A stretch of DNA of 64,000 bases from Octopus vulgaris (Eukaryota): NCBI GenBank assembly GCA_951406725.2, contig OX597825.1:58156001-58220000 (forward strand), in the 5' to 3' direction. Within the stretch, counting starts at the first letter, position 1. Every line of letters begins with the position of its first letter. Shown one piece after another: positions 40,405 through 53,094 of the stretch. The notes under the pieces are model-generated. The model saw only the letters and a list, made by a program, of their open reading frames with translations. It did not search any database and was not told where the DNA came from. A program made the translations under genes and the position numbers.

Positions 40405-40570
40405 TATATAATATAATTCGAGACAAAACCACTATTTTAAAACCAAACAAGGAAAGACTTAATCAATACATAAAATTTTAATATAAATTTATATTAAAAT
40501 TTTATGTATTGATTAAGTCTTTCCTTGTTTGGTTTTAAAATAGTGGTTTTGTCTCGAATTATATTATATA
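40405..40570. repeat. 166-bp perfect AT-rich palindrome with no spacer
   Basis: Arms are exact reverse complements about the 40487/40488 centre. Confidence 0.92.
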
Positions 40571-41560
40571 TATATATATATATATATATGAGAACGTACG
40601 TGAAAGAAAGAAAGAAAAAGATTAAGATAAAAAGCAAGAAAAATAAGAGTAGAGAGAGAGAGAAGGAAAGGAAGGATGGGAGAAAGAGAGGAATCACTAA
40701 AAGAAAGGAATGAATGCCTATTATTGAAATACGGCGTTTTTTACAAAGAAACAGCAAAAAAAAAAGGAAAGAAAAAAAGGGGTGGTAAAGCAACAGAAAT
40801 GGAGGTAGAGCGATTGACCATATATCCCAGAACAAGCGAGGTGCTAAACCATGGTCTTGACGGCGATGGCGTTGCCGTGGCGAATGACCAACGACATCCG
40901 TTACAGCAGCCATTCCACCCCGTGGAGCTCATTTCTCCAACGGGCCACCGTTAGCCCTATTTTGCGGGGGAAATCAAGAGTAAAGGGTCCGAGAACAACT
41001 GATGTCTCGACTGTGACCGGCACAAAGTCATAGCAGCCGACCGAACCCCTATAATTATTGATTTTTCGCTTTTCTCTGCGTTACGGGCGACGACACCTAG
41101 GTTTGCAGCTTTTTCTAATTTTAAAAGTATCAAAAATTTGTCCAGCGTTTTATGCAACCGATCTCTCAGACATTGCTGGCCGGAAGCGTATAGCTTCTTT
41201 TGTACTATAGGTAAATATAGACCCTGGATAACTCGATGTTGGTAAAAAGAACCAGAATGAAATATAATGAAAAAATTTGTAACATTTTCCAAGAGGAAAA
41301 CTGTGATAATGAATGGATGACCAGGAAAAGGTTTGGCGTGGAAACCATTAGCTCAGAACTTAATCGTTGATGGTGCCTACAAGATAGTAGTTTAATATTT
41401 AAAGCTCCAGATATTCCTAACAGCTACATCTACAGGTAATATTTATTCCCACTTAAATATGGATATTGTTAGAGCAAACTTTACTCTCATATTGGCTTTT
41501 TGTGCAAAATGCACATTTGTTTATATCCCTTAGACTCTATCACTACATAACTGACACTCC

Positions 41561-42088
41561 TTGGATACAGTCATGCGAAATTTCTGAGAATCCGAGTAAG
41601 AAGCAAAGTGACTGTCATATCGTGTAGAGGAACAGATTGTTATTGAAATTTACAAGAATCACAGATAAGTTCGATTCCTGGAGATCCGATGAAAGGTCTT
41701 GAACTTACAGAATATGTAAGAAATTTTGGGTACGATCATGCAAAAATTTCAGGGAAATTTTCGCACGATCATACCCAAAATTTCTTCACATAACTTGATT
41801 AATAATTCACTATGAACTGTATGGACATGCACATATTCTGTAAGTTCAAGACCTTTCATCGGATCTCCAGGAATCGAACTTATCTGTGATTCTTGTAAAT
41901 TTCAATAACAATCTGTTCCTCTACACGATATGACAGTCACTTTGCTTCTTACTCGGATTCTCAGAAATTTCGCATGGCTGTATCCAAAATTTCTTCACAT
42001 AACTTAACAATTCACTATGAGCTATATATGGACATGCACAAATTCTGTAAGTTCAAGACCTTTCGTCGGATCTCCAGGAATCGAACTT
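41561..42088. repeat. Inverted repeat of about 157 bp overlapping a tandem unit of about 210 bp
   Basis: 41561-41717 is the reverse complement of about 41831-41987; 41775-41880 is repeated at 41984-42088. Confidence 0.88.
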
Positions 42089-42300
42089 TCTTCAATGCAG
42101 TTAAACTTACACTCTCATTTGTATCTACCCCTTTTGATGTTTGGGAATCTATATTTACTGCATTTTTTGTAGCTTATTAAAGATGTCCTTGTACGAAACA
42201 ATTGTACCGATATTTTAATCCATTCTTGTTGCTTTTTTCCTATATATATATATATACAACGGGCTTCTTTCAGCCTCCGTCTACCAAATCCACTCACAAG

Positions 42301-44735
42301 AGATGACACAGGTGGTAGTTTCCCATATATTTACATTTTGGTTGGATGGCACTTCCACGAGAGATTTTGAGCTCCCATAAGGAGGCGAGTGTAGGTTCCA
42401 TCCAACCGCCTCTCAAGCTTCTTTGATAACGTCCAGGTTTCTGAGCCATATAGTAGAATTGGTTCGACTGTGGCTTTGAAGATTTCAAGTTTGAAGTCTC
42501 TACTTAGATTTGATGACCAGATCTTATGCATGTCATTACAGGCTGACCAGACCATACCCTTTCTAGTTAGAAAGTCTTTTCCAGATGATAATATGTATGA
42601 CCCAAGATATTTGTAATCAGAAACCATATTTAAGGGCGCATTGTTGAGAGTATGGATGATGCAATCACTGTTGGACAGGCACTTGTTTATGTAATCAGTC
42701 TTGGCCTCATTGAGGTAAAGACCTACACAATTTGAAGCTTGTTCAAGAGATTGTAAAATAGACTGGGCATTGGAGAGAGAATCACTGATAAGAGCGATGT
42801 CGTCAGCAAAGTCAGTGTCTGTCAAGTACTCAGCTGGGTGTCTGGAACTTCTTCTTGGTTTTATTTCAAAGCCCTTGCCAGAGATGGTATCAACTGACAT
42901 ACGTAGCACATAATCAACAACAATGATGAAAAGAAATGGGGCGAGTGTGTCTCCCTGCAGTATTCCGGCTTTGATTGAGAAAGATGATGTTTCTCCGTCA
43001 AGGGTTAAGATGGTTGAAGACGTATCTGTGTAGAAGACCTTGATGGCAGAAATGATTTTGTCTGGTATCCCATAGAGCTTAAGGATTTCAAACATCTTGT
43101 ACCTATCTACAGAAACGAACGCTTTAGAAAAGTCTACAAATACCATTGCAAGATCGCGATTAAATGCTTTTGATTCTTCAATAAGTCTGCGTAGGCATAG
43201 TATCTGGCTCAGCGTTGAGCGCCCATATCTGAATCCATTTTGATTCTTTCGGAGCAAAGGTTCAACAAAAAGGACAAGACGATTTAGGATCAGTTTGTTG
43301 TACAGTTTTGCAGCAATTGACATTAGAGATATACCCCTGTAGTTGGTGACGAGGGATTAATCGCCTTTTTTGGGTATTGGGATGATTTGAGATTGGTGCC
43401 AAATCTTTGGAGCGACAAAGGTGGAAAGTGTGTGATTCCAGAGGTTGAGCAAAAGTGTGTGAAATCTATCATCCTTCTAAATTATAGCTGGGATGTTGTC
43501 GGGACCAAATGCTTTCGAGGCTTTTAGTTGCTTGGTGGCTGCTGTTAGTTCAAATATGGTAAAAGGGGAGGTGTTGATGTCCAGCGTGTCTGATATAGGC
43601 ACACTTGGAAGAGTGAAGTTATCAGGGATTTTGGCATTCTTCCCAAGGAGGTTTTTAAAATGGGTTGACCAATTTTCTAAACGCTTCTTAGCTGATCCCC
43701 CTTTAATTCTAATTGATGACCCAGAATTTTTGCCTGATAGGTCTTTGATGGATTTCCAGGTGAGATGGTGTTTTTTACTAATGTGCTTTTTGGATAGTTT
43801 ACTAATTTTGCCATTGATAAAGTCGACCTCGGCGTTCAAGTAAGCCTCATCAAGATTCTTCTTGGCAGCTATGAGTTGGATCTTCAGTGACTGGGATGGA
43901 GAACGGTGGTAAGCTAGTGATATAGACTTTAGATGATTTCTAGCTTCGATGACATTTGGGGAATTAGAAGGTGTGCTCTGGCCCCTACTCTTCTTTTTGG
44001 GAAGAGTAGCCAGTACAACTTCCACTGTTGATTTGATGAGGCTGCTGTATACTTCTTCAATGTTCTCAGCATCTATTTCAGAAGTAGACAAAGATTGAAA
44101 TGTGTTATAGACCTCAATAGTAAATTGTTTGGACATATCGGGGTTAGATAAGACTTCCTCCCAGTCGATTGTTTTCATCGGGTGAGGCTTAGCTTTTTTG
44201 GATGAGCGAAGACTAAGCTTAACGGTAGCTGATACAATTCTGTGGTCAGAGCCGACAGAACTAAAGGAAGAGTAGGATCTCGAGTTTTTAACACTATTGC
44301 GCCACTTCTTTCGAAAGATGAGGTAGTCAATTTGTGCCCTATCACCAAGTGGGGACTCAAATGTCCAAAGTTGACCTTTTGGTTTCATAAAAGAATTGTT
44401 GGAGGTGTAGAGATTAAATTCCTCCAAGAAGTCTTTGAGCATTTCTCCGTTCCGATTAGTTTTAGAGTTGAAAGTAAACTTGGTCTCATCGGGTCCTAGT
44501 CTAGCATTCAGATCACCAGCTATGACTAGAAAATTATGGAGAGGTACTTGCTCAATGGTTGAACGAAGGGTTGTATAAAAATTCTCAATCTCGTCTGCCA
44601 CAGACAAATTATGTGGGCTATACACACATACCAATGTTGTTTTCAGGTTTCCATCTATCTCAAGCACCACAATTCCAGGTGAGATTGACTCTATACTCAA
44701 GAGAGTATCACTGGCTTTTGATGAAAGTAGAAATC
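42301..44735 (-). mobile_element. RTE-clade LINE (APE endonuclease plus RT), pseudogenised and truncated at both ends
   Basis: CVYSP, GDLNA, QIDY, SDH endonuclease motifs; QNGFR, FVDFSKAF, GILQGDTLAPFLF, FADD RT motifs; several in-frame stops. Confidence 0.93.
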
Positions 44736-44737
44736 CG

Positions 44738-44777
<40 letters not shown>

Positions 44778-44780
<3 letters not shown>

Positions 44781-44945
44781 GGCGTAGGAGTGGCTGTGTG
44801 GTAAGTAGCTTGCTTACCAACCACATAGTTCCGAATTCAGTTCCACTGCGTGGCATCTTGGGCAAGTGTCTTCTGCTATAGCCCTGGGCTGACCAATGCA
44901 TTGTGAGTGGATTTGGTAGACGGAAACTGAAAGAAGCCTGTCGTA

Positions 44946-44994
<49 letters not shown>

Positions 44995-45150
44995 GTATGT
45001 GTGTGTATGTGTTTGTGTATCTGTGTTTGTCCCCCTAGCATTGCTTGACAACCAATGCTGGTGTGTTTACGTCCCCGTCACTTAGCGGTTCGGCTTACAA
45101 AGAATAAGTCCTGGGGTCGCAGTCGAATGACTGAAACAAGTAAAAGAGTA
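44778..45150 (+). mobile_element. Abundant SINE with internal microsatellite
   Basis: Head GGCGTAGGAGTGGCTGTGTGGTAAG..; further copies at 52392-52755 (-), 53732-54092 (-) and 58605-58893 (-); tails near 5300, 21120 and 38545. Confidence 0.85.
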
Positions 45151-45339
45151 TATATACATATATATATACATATATATACATATACATATATATACATATA
45201 TATACATATACATATATAAATATACATATATATAAATATACATATATATAAATATACATATATATATGTATACATATACATATATATATATACATATATA
45301 TATGTATATATATATGTATACATATACATATATATATAC

Positions 45340-45416
<77 letters not shown>

Positions 45417-45699
45417 ACACACACATACATATAACGATACATATACATACAGACATACATACATACATATATATATATATACATACATATACATAATATA
45501 CATATAGGCAATCTTTCGTCTCTAGATCGCCTACATATATACATATATATATTATTCAGTACGTCCAACTTGTTTTTAAAAAAGGGGCAAGATCAATGTT
45601 CTTTCTAATTTTTTGTAGCGTGAATGTGCAGAGATTTGACGTTCTTTGCAAAGTATGTATACATTTGTACTCAAATTTCACGAATAAAAAAAATTCAAT

Positions 45700-46120
45700 T
45701 TCATTTTGAAACCCGTGTGTGCCCACATCGTATCTTCCTTCTCAGCTCTAAAACGTGCGCGCGCACAAAAGCTCAGCTCACAAAGAACACAATTAAGTAG
45801 CGGATCCCACAGCCCCCAAAAGTAAAAAGAAATACAATGCCTTCGGTTATAGGTGTCCCTGAGTCAGGGATGACTTAGTGAGAAATAGCAACAATAACAA
45901 CAACATAGTAAACAAATAGCAATTAAGGCATCGGAAAGATTATAATGTTGAAGGTGCGTTCTACGTCACCATTATTTGTGTTCCAAAGCGGAAGCGGGAC
46001 CATTTCGTATAAGGAAACTGTGGTAGAAGGGAGCGACAATTACTCGCTTGAATTTTTTTCGCCGTCTCGCTAACGGTTTGCTTCTATATTCTGTTGCTTG
46101 GCTTTGCCCAAAGTATAACG
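45700..46120. promoter_or_regulatory. Candidate promoter of the Lark/RBM4-like gene
   Basis: Non-repetitive CpG-enriched stretch with TGCGCGCGCA (NRF1-like), ACGTCA (CRE half-site), GCGGAAG (ETS-like) and CCATTT (YY1 core), about 1.6 kb upstream of the ATG. Confidence 0.35.
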
Positions 46121-47634
46121 TAACCATAAATATTATATAATACAACAAGTAGTTGCATGTGTGTGCGATTAACTGCTGTGGAACTGCTGTCTTTTCTTTT
46201 TAAGGGATGACTGCTTGTCTTTTCGTTTTCAGGAGAAAAAGCAGGAAGCAGAACAAGTACAAACACATACAAGTTACGCACAAATTATAAACTTACACAC
46301 ACACATTTATATATATATATATACACATACATATATATATATACATATATACATACATATATATAATGCATTACGTCTAAAACCAAATACGTATATGATA
46401 TATATATATACATATATATATGCATATGTAAGGGCGACTGATCAATTTTGTCATCACAATTCAGTTTGAAATCTCGCGGTATTCGTATTCTTCTTAATAT
46501 TCTTATTTTTATTATCATTGTTGTTACTTAAAATATCTGTTTCACCGTTACAATTCATCTATGAAATAATCAGATTCGGAAAAAAAATGCGAAGCAATAA
46601 CAACAGGTCGTTATTACACACGAACCTATTTTCTAATTTTTACATTTCTAAATGACACCGCTTTGATTTGAATATCCATCTCATTACCTTATATTTAATT
46701 TCCTTTTCGTTTATTGGAGACAATAAGTAGAACACATATCAGGAATGCCCTTGGTGAATGAAATAACATTGCAAAGTATTTCTTTAAAGAAGAAAGAAAA
46801 GAATTATAAACGTTTTATGCCGTGTAACACGTCTTTGATGTCGTGGAGTTAATGCCGGTTGAGCTCATACTGAACATTTACAATCGCTTTGGAAATAGAT
46901 GGCCCTCTTTGCACAAATTCGTGTAATACAGTAACAAAAAAGTTTGTGATTATTTGATCTTTCTTTATAACAAACTCTTAAAGTCGAACTTACAGTTATA
47001 CAACTGTAACTTCTATGTGTGTATATATATATAATTATACCGAAATAATACGTAATAAGCGAAACTTCGAAACACACATATTTCTACTGATTAAAATTAT
47101 TAATTGATTGTATTAGACAACACAAATGACTTGAAGCAATTTCAGAATTACCACCAGGATCGTAGCTGTTGATGTCTGTCTGTATTTTCGAAATTTGAAA
47201 TCTGCACCAATTTCCAGAAATCCGGAAGTAAATTGTTGGATAAAATTCCACGAAACCTCGTATCAAACGTTTTGGAAACCTTGCTTGTACTAACAAACGT
47301 GAAGAACATCAATTGTATTCGCTCAAACACGTGTATGTTGTTATTTATAATGTCTATAAGTTGATAGTATTTTCTTTTAAATTGACATTGTGTGTATGAT
47401 ACGTATAAAGTGTGTATATACCTACCTAATTTGTATAACCGATTCATCTACTTATTGGTAACCAAAACGTCTCTGAAAACGTGAGTTCGTATCTCACTTC
47501 TGTCAAGGTAATTTTGTTACACCACACACACATACACATATTTGTGTGGTTCTGTTTTTAAAACTGCATAATATATTGTAGAGACCACAACTCGTGTTAT
47601 GTGTTAAAAACTATATGTATGTAATTCGTGAATT

Positions 47635-48516
47635 ATGCCACGCACCACAAAATTATATGTTGGCAACTTGCCCAAGGGTAGCAGTGAGAAATCAGTGTGG
47701 GACCTCTTCGCTAAGTATGGTGAAGTCGTGGAATGTGACATTATCAAAGACTTTGGATTCGTCCACTTTACTGAAAGCACAGATGCTATGAAAGCTGTTG
47801 AAAATCTAAACAATAAAGACTGGAATGGCTCAATCCTCAAGGTACAACCGTCCCACAGTAAAGTACACGCCAAACCTGGAATGGGCAACCGTGGTGAATG
47901 CATTCGATGTGGTAAAACTGGGCACTTATGTAGGGATTGCCCTTCAGTTCGTGCTCGAGATTTCAGAAGTGGAGATTTACATGAAAAAACGTGCACCACT
48001 CTAAGTAATATTTCTAAAGAAATTAATGCTATGAATGGAAGCATTGATGGTCTTTACTCATTTCTAAGTAGATATCGAGAGAACAGTTACAAGGAATCTC
48101 TTGGGAATAACTACTCTCAAACAAATCCCGCTCAGGATTGGCTTGGAAAGAATGCTGATGGTGACCAAAACCGGCGCCAGAACCACAGCAACAACGATAA
48201 CTACAACAGTAAGAAACAGAGTCCTTATTCCAACAACTACCCACCACCATCTATGGCTGCAAGTCGTTTCCGACACCAACCATATCCTAGAGCCAGTGAG
48301 AGACGGTCTGCATCATCTTCATTATCATCGATGTCTGACAGTAAGCGCCGACTCCCATCATTGTCATCCTCACATTCACTATTGTCTTCTCGCCCTGGTC
48401 GTAACAGCAATAACCGTGATATGAACCCCTTTTTCCGACCACCACCTGAATATTATGAACGTCGGAGGAGCAAGACAGTTGGCAGCACACAATTTGCTCG
48501 ATCTCGTGAACATTAA
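47635..48516 (+). CDS. Lark/RBM4-like RNA-binding protein: single RRM, CCHC zinc knuckle and low-complexity S/R/N/P tail (293 aa)
   Basis: RNP2 LYVGNL, FAKYGEVVECDIIKDFGFVHF, linker KVQPSHSKVHAKPGMG, C-x2-C-x4-H-x4-C (CIRCGKTGHLCRDC); this matches the RRM2-knuckle module of Lark/RBM4; intact ORF. Confidence 0.9.
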   Translation: MPRTTKLYVGNLPKGSSEKSVWDLFAKYGEVVECDIIKDFGFVHFTESTDAMKAVENLNNKDWNGSILKVQPSHSKVHAKPGMGNRGECIRCGKTGHLCRDCPSVRARDFRSGDLHEKTCTTLSNISKEINAMNGSIDGLYSFLSRYRENSYKESLGNNYSQTNPAQDWLGKNADGDQNRRQNHSNNDNYNSKKQSPYSNNYPPPSMAASRFRHQPYPRASERRSASSSLSSMSDSKRRLPSLSSSHSLLSSRPGRNSNNRDMNPFFRPPPEYYERRRSKTVGSTQFARSREH

Positions 48517-49574
48517 CAACAAACAGTATTTTATATAAATTTGTATATGCTAAGAAAGGTGATATGTTTTAAATCCTTCATCATTGAACTCGCTCATGGA
48601 CAAAGTTTTACAATTTCAAAGTGGATTTGAGTGGGGAGGAAGTAATTATAACTGAAAAATTAAAAAAAAAAAAACCTGCAAAAGAAATAATCAAAATATT
48701 TCAAAATGAATATCATTGCTTTAGAATGTGTAATGCATGTTTTCATTTTTTTTTCTTTTCTTAGCAAATCTATTTTAAGAATTTAGAGATCTTAAGTGAC
48801 CCAACTTCTTAACACCTAGAATCCTACTTAGCAATTTGAATTTATTATACAAGTTAACAAAGTCTAGTAGATTTATTCAGTATTGAACATTTCTGTTTTT
48901 CTTTCAGGCAAGTACCACACTGGCCTGACCATTTATTATGAGGTTATTCCCTTCCAAAACTGGCACAAATGATAACAATTGCTACTACTATCCATTCTAG
49001 CATTGAAGAATTGATTTGAATGAAAATGTTGAGTGATTTTGAGGAGTGGGTGTGAGTGTGAATATTTAGTGTTTCTTTGACATGGGCGAGCATAAATAAT
49101 TATTTAAATTAAATTATGACAACCTGTTTCCGATGGTTTGTACAGGTGACATATTACCTATATATGAATGTAATTAAATAACATTGGTGCTTTATGTATG
49201 TATCTATATATTTCGACATGTGTGTATATATATGTATATATATATATGCACATGCATAAATTCATACTCTCAGTACAATGGTTGTGAACTGAAGATGTTG
49301 GGCTTTTGACCACTTTTGATCATAAGCTATTACTGTCATTGTATTGTTTCTGAGCAAGGCACCTAACTCTAGTTTTTCTAGTTTGTCAGGTTAAACAAAA
49401 TGCAGGTCCCATATTTAACTACACTATAAATGAGTGGTTAGCAGTACAAAGGATATCAAATTATGAATTTTATTTTTATCCAAGAAATAAACCATCCCAC
49501 CCAAAAGCTTATATATATATATTATATATGTGTGTGTGTATTTGTGTATATATTTATGTGTGTATATGTTTATA

Positions 49575-49605
<31 letters not shown>

Positions 49606-50189
49606 GTATGTAGTGATACACATACAGGGTGGTCTAAAAGCCACAAAGTCTGGCTGCATGTTGTGATCTGTGAACATATAATAGTTTTAGCCATTGCACT
49701 TGGTAACTTTTACTCCACTCAGATTCCATCCGCTAAAATAACTATTTGTTCATACACATAGCTATATATATATATATACATAAATAAATAAATAAGAGTA
49801 GTAATTAACTAATAAAACCCTTATAGATTATTAGGTGAATTACTGAATCAGGTTGCAGATAACTTCATGTACCATACTTCATGGTCCAAGTATTGTTCAT
49901 ATCTAACTTTTAGGATAGTATTGCAGAAACACAGCATTGTTGGGTTGGGTGGGGAAACCAGTATGAAAACAGAGAGGGGAAAAAAGACTACTTGAACAAA
50001 ACATTTTCTCAGTTCTTTAAAATTTGATATTTCATTTTTATGAATGATTTTTCTAAATTTTTTTTTATGAAATATTGTGTATTTTTTTTTTTCCTGTTAT
50101 AAATATTGTTCTGGTTACTTTTATTATTGTCATTCTTGTAAGGAAATGGCTAATTAGAATGTCAAAAATTCTAATTGTTAATGACTGTG

Positions 50190-51965
50190 GATAACAGAAA
50201 TGACAGAAAGAGAAAATACCTTGCAAGGCATGCTTGCTTGCATTCCGAGTTCAAATTCAACTTCAGTTGATGTTACCCTTTATTTTCCTTAGCTTGATAT
50301 ATAAGTGGAAGTCAAATACCAGGAAGTATTGAATTAATTTTCCTAGTATTTGTGACCGTGTACGAATGTGAGAAATTAATATAAGACAACACGCTGACAG
50401 AATAGCTCATGGGTGAAAATGCATAGAATTTCTTCTCACTCTTTACATTCGATGTTCAGATTCTGCTACAGTCAACTTTGCCTTTCCTCCTTTTGGGGTC
50501 AATAAAATAATTGCCAGTTGAGTACTGGGAGCAATGCAATCGACTGTCCCTTTCCGAAAATTTTAGGCCTTGTGCCTATAGTAGAAAGAATTATTGTTAT
50601 TGAGGCATTGAACTGGCAGAATTGTTAGTGCATCAGATAAAAATGCTTAGCAGTATTTCTTTCTGCTCTTCATGTTCTTGAGTTCAAATCACACTGAGGT
50701 AAACTTTGCCTTTTATGCTTTTGGGGTCAATGAAATAAGTACCAGTTGAGCATTGGAGCTGATGTAATCAACTTACCTCTCCCTTAAAATTGTTGGCCCT
50801 GTGCTAAAATTTGAAACTGTTATTTTTTGAGTCAGCAAGCTGGTAGAATTATATATGTGTCAAAAACGAAAAAAAATCCTCAGCAATATTTCTTCTTGCT
50901 CTCTATGTTCTTGCCAAGGTCAATTTTCCCCTGTCATCCTTTCAGGGTCAATGAAATAAAGTACCTGTTGAGTACTGGGGTCAATGTAATCGACTTATCC
51001 CTTCCCCCTTAAAAATAACTGGCTTTGTGCCAAAATTTGAAACAATTGTTGTTATGGTCAACCATGTCTAAACAAAATTATGGGTTTGTGCAAATATGAA
51101 GAACCATTAAATTATTTTTATTATTGACAGATCTCCTAAGCGCAATGTATGGTTGAGTATTAGACCAAATTGCTTGCTATATTTAGTATGATACCTTTAT
51201 GTTCTCATTTCAAAACTTTGCCTTTTACACTTTTGGAGTTGAAGCCATGGAAAGATACAGGACTAGACTGTCAGTGTTGTAGAATGGTACAGTCCTGGGT
51301 TGTCATGTGTGGAATGCTACAGTGCTGAGTTGCCTTGTCAGTGTTGTGCTGGTCTGTGGAATGATGCAGTGTTTTAACTAAATGTCTGAGAATATTTAGT
51401 TATCCCCTCTGCATTCTGATTTGAAATCATATCATTAGACAACTTGCTTTTTATCTCTACAGGCTTGATAAAGTAGGTACCTGTAATATACTGGTCAGAT
51501 TCAACTGACCATACAATTTCATTACAAACTTCCAGCATTTTAGCAAGGTAAAGATGATAGATAGCTGAATTGACAGAGCACCAAACTTAATACCTTGTGA
51601 TGGTTTTGTTTCTGTGTTCTGAATTCAATTCTCATTAAAGTTGCTTTTACCATTTACCATTCTTGGGCTGGTAAACGAAAGTGCTAGTTGAGTGAGTGGT
51701 ATTAAATCTAGGCCTATTGCCTCCTCACTCTAAAGTTTTATGCTACTGTTAGCAATTACCATTAGCAGATATATAAAGGTGGAATGGTATAATTGGAGTG
51801 TTGGAAAAAATGTCTCAAACTATTTTATTACAATCCCTTGTTTTCTGAAGTCAAGTCCCACCAAAGTTAGCGTTATTTTTCATCTATCTGGAAGGGACAG
51901 AGAGTCGATTAAATGAACTATCCACACCCCAAATCCTATGGCCTTGTGAAGATGTTAGAAATTAC
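50190..51965 (+). repeat. Tandem array of about 8 degenerate Nin/Deu-SINE-derived units of about 200 bp
   Basis: Recurrent gagttcaaat..actttgcctttcatcc..ggggtcaat..aagtacc..tgtgc..aattgtt motifs. Confidence 0.7.
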
Positions 51966-52268
51966 TGTTAACCAATGTATGATGAAAAGAAAAAGACGAA
52001 ATGTTTTAATTTTTAAATGAAAGATTCCTTATATTTTCTCATGTGTTTTTGTTAAGTTCAATAACTGCCAATATTATCAATGATTTACACCTCTTATGAA
52101 ATATTACTTTTATTTTCATTATTCAGTTGATTTAATCATTGTAATAAAATCACTTTAATTTCATTTTGCATGATTGTTTTTGTTTTTAATTCTTCTGCTA
52201 TTGATATACTGAAGCTTAAAATTTTTAGTCTTTTCCAATTTATTTAAAAGTAAGGAGTATGTTTCATA

Positions 52269-52587
52269 CAAGGTGGTATCCCGGACTAGATCTGTAGTGC
52301 ACCAACAGACGGCAGCACTTGGTTGCGTGTGCAGCGGGAGCTAGCAGTGACCTTCATGAGGTGGCCGGCCGAGTGACATTGCAGTGATTACTCTCTTTAC
52401 TCTTTTACTTGTTTCAGTCATTTGACTGCGGCCATGCTGGAGCACCACCTTTAGTCAAGTAAATTGACCCCAGGACTTATTCTTTGTAAGCCTAGTACTT
52501 ATTCTATCAGTCTCTTTTGCCAAACCGCTAAGTTTACAGAACCGTAAACACACCAGCATGAGTTGTCAAGCAATGTTGGGAGGACAG

Positions 52588-52618
<31 letters not shown>

Positions 52619-53094
52619 CGACGGCCTTCTTTCAGTTTCCGTCTGCTAAATCTACTCACAAGGCTATAGTAGAAGACACTTGCCCAAGGTGCCACACAGT
52701 GGGACTGAGCCCAAAACCATGTGGTTGGTAAGCAAGCTACTTACCACACAGCCGCTCTACTTCACAAGTTATGAAATTTGTGTTTTTGTGATCATGTGTG
52801 TGCTGTATGTAGAACGAATGGGAAATCTTGCATTACAGACATATTAGGCATGCTTCAGTAACAAGGCAATGGGTTCTACGCAATGTTTTGAGAGGCATGG
52901 CCACTTCCAAAGTGGAAGAATATCCCTGAAGACCTGCCATGAGTGTCACCAACAGAAATGCGAAGAAAATTCATCACCTTGTACATGAGGATCGTTGGCT
53001 GATGTTGTTGGTCTATGTTATGTGATTATTTTGTAGATGGTATTGAAATTTAAGTAAATAAGTTTCAGTCTGGAAAATATTTGATACCACCTCA
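52269..53094 (+). mobile_element. Mariner deletion derivative with nested SINE
   Basis: TIR-like TA-CAAGGTGGTATC / GATACCACCTCA-TA; remnant AMGSTQCFE..HFQSGRISL..LVHEDR of the mariner N-terminus. Confidence 0.75.

Noticed and set aside
41680-41715. Hammerhead-like CCGATGA..GAAC
   Set aside because: Two core deviations and no convincing stem I or III.
43477-45051. 524-aa ORF as a novel fusion protein
   Set aside because: The N-terminal roughly 105 aa are read-through of a SINE and (TA)n; only the RTE part is real coding relic.
45078-45568. Y/I/C/V/M-rich ORFs (also near 8.5, 19.7, 24.9, 30.5, 53.3 and 61.4 kb)
   Set aside because: Translations of dinucleotide and tetranucleotide microsatellites.
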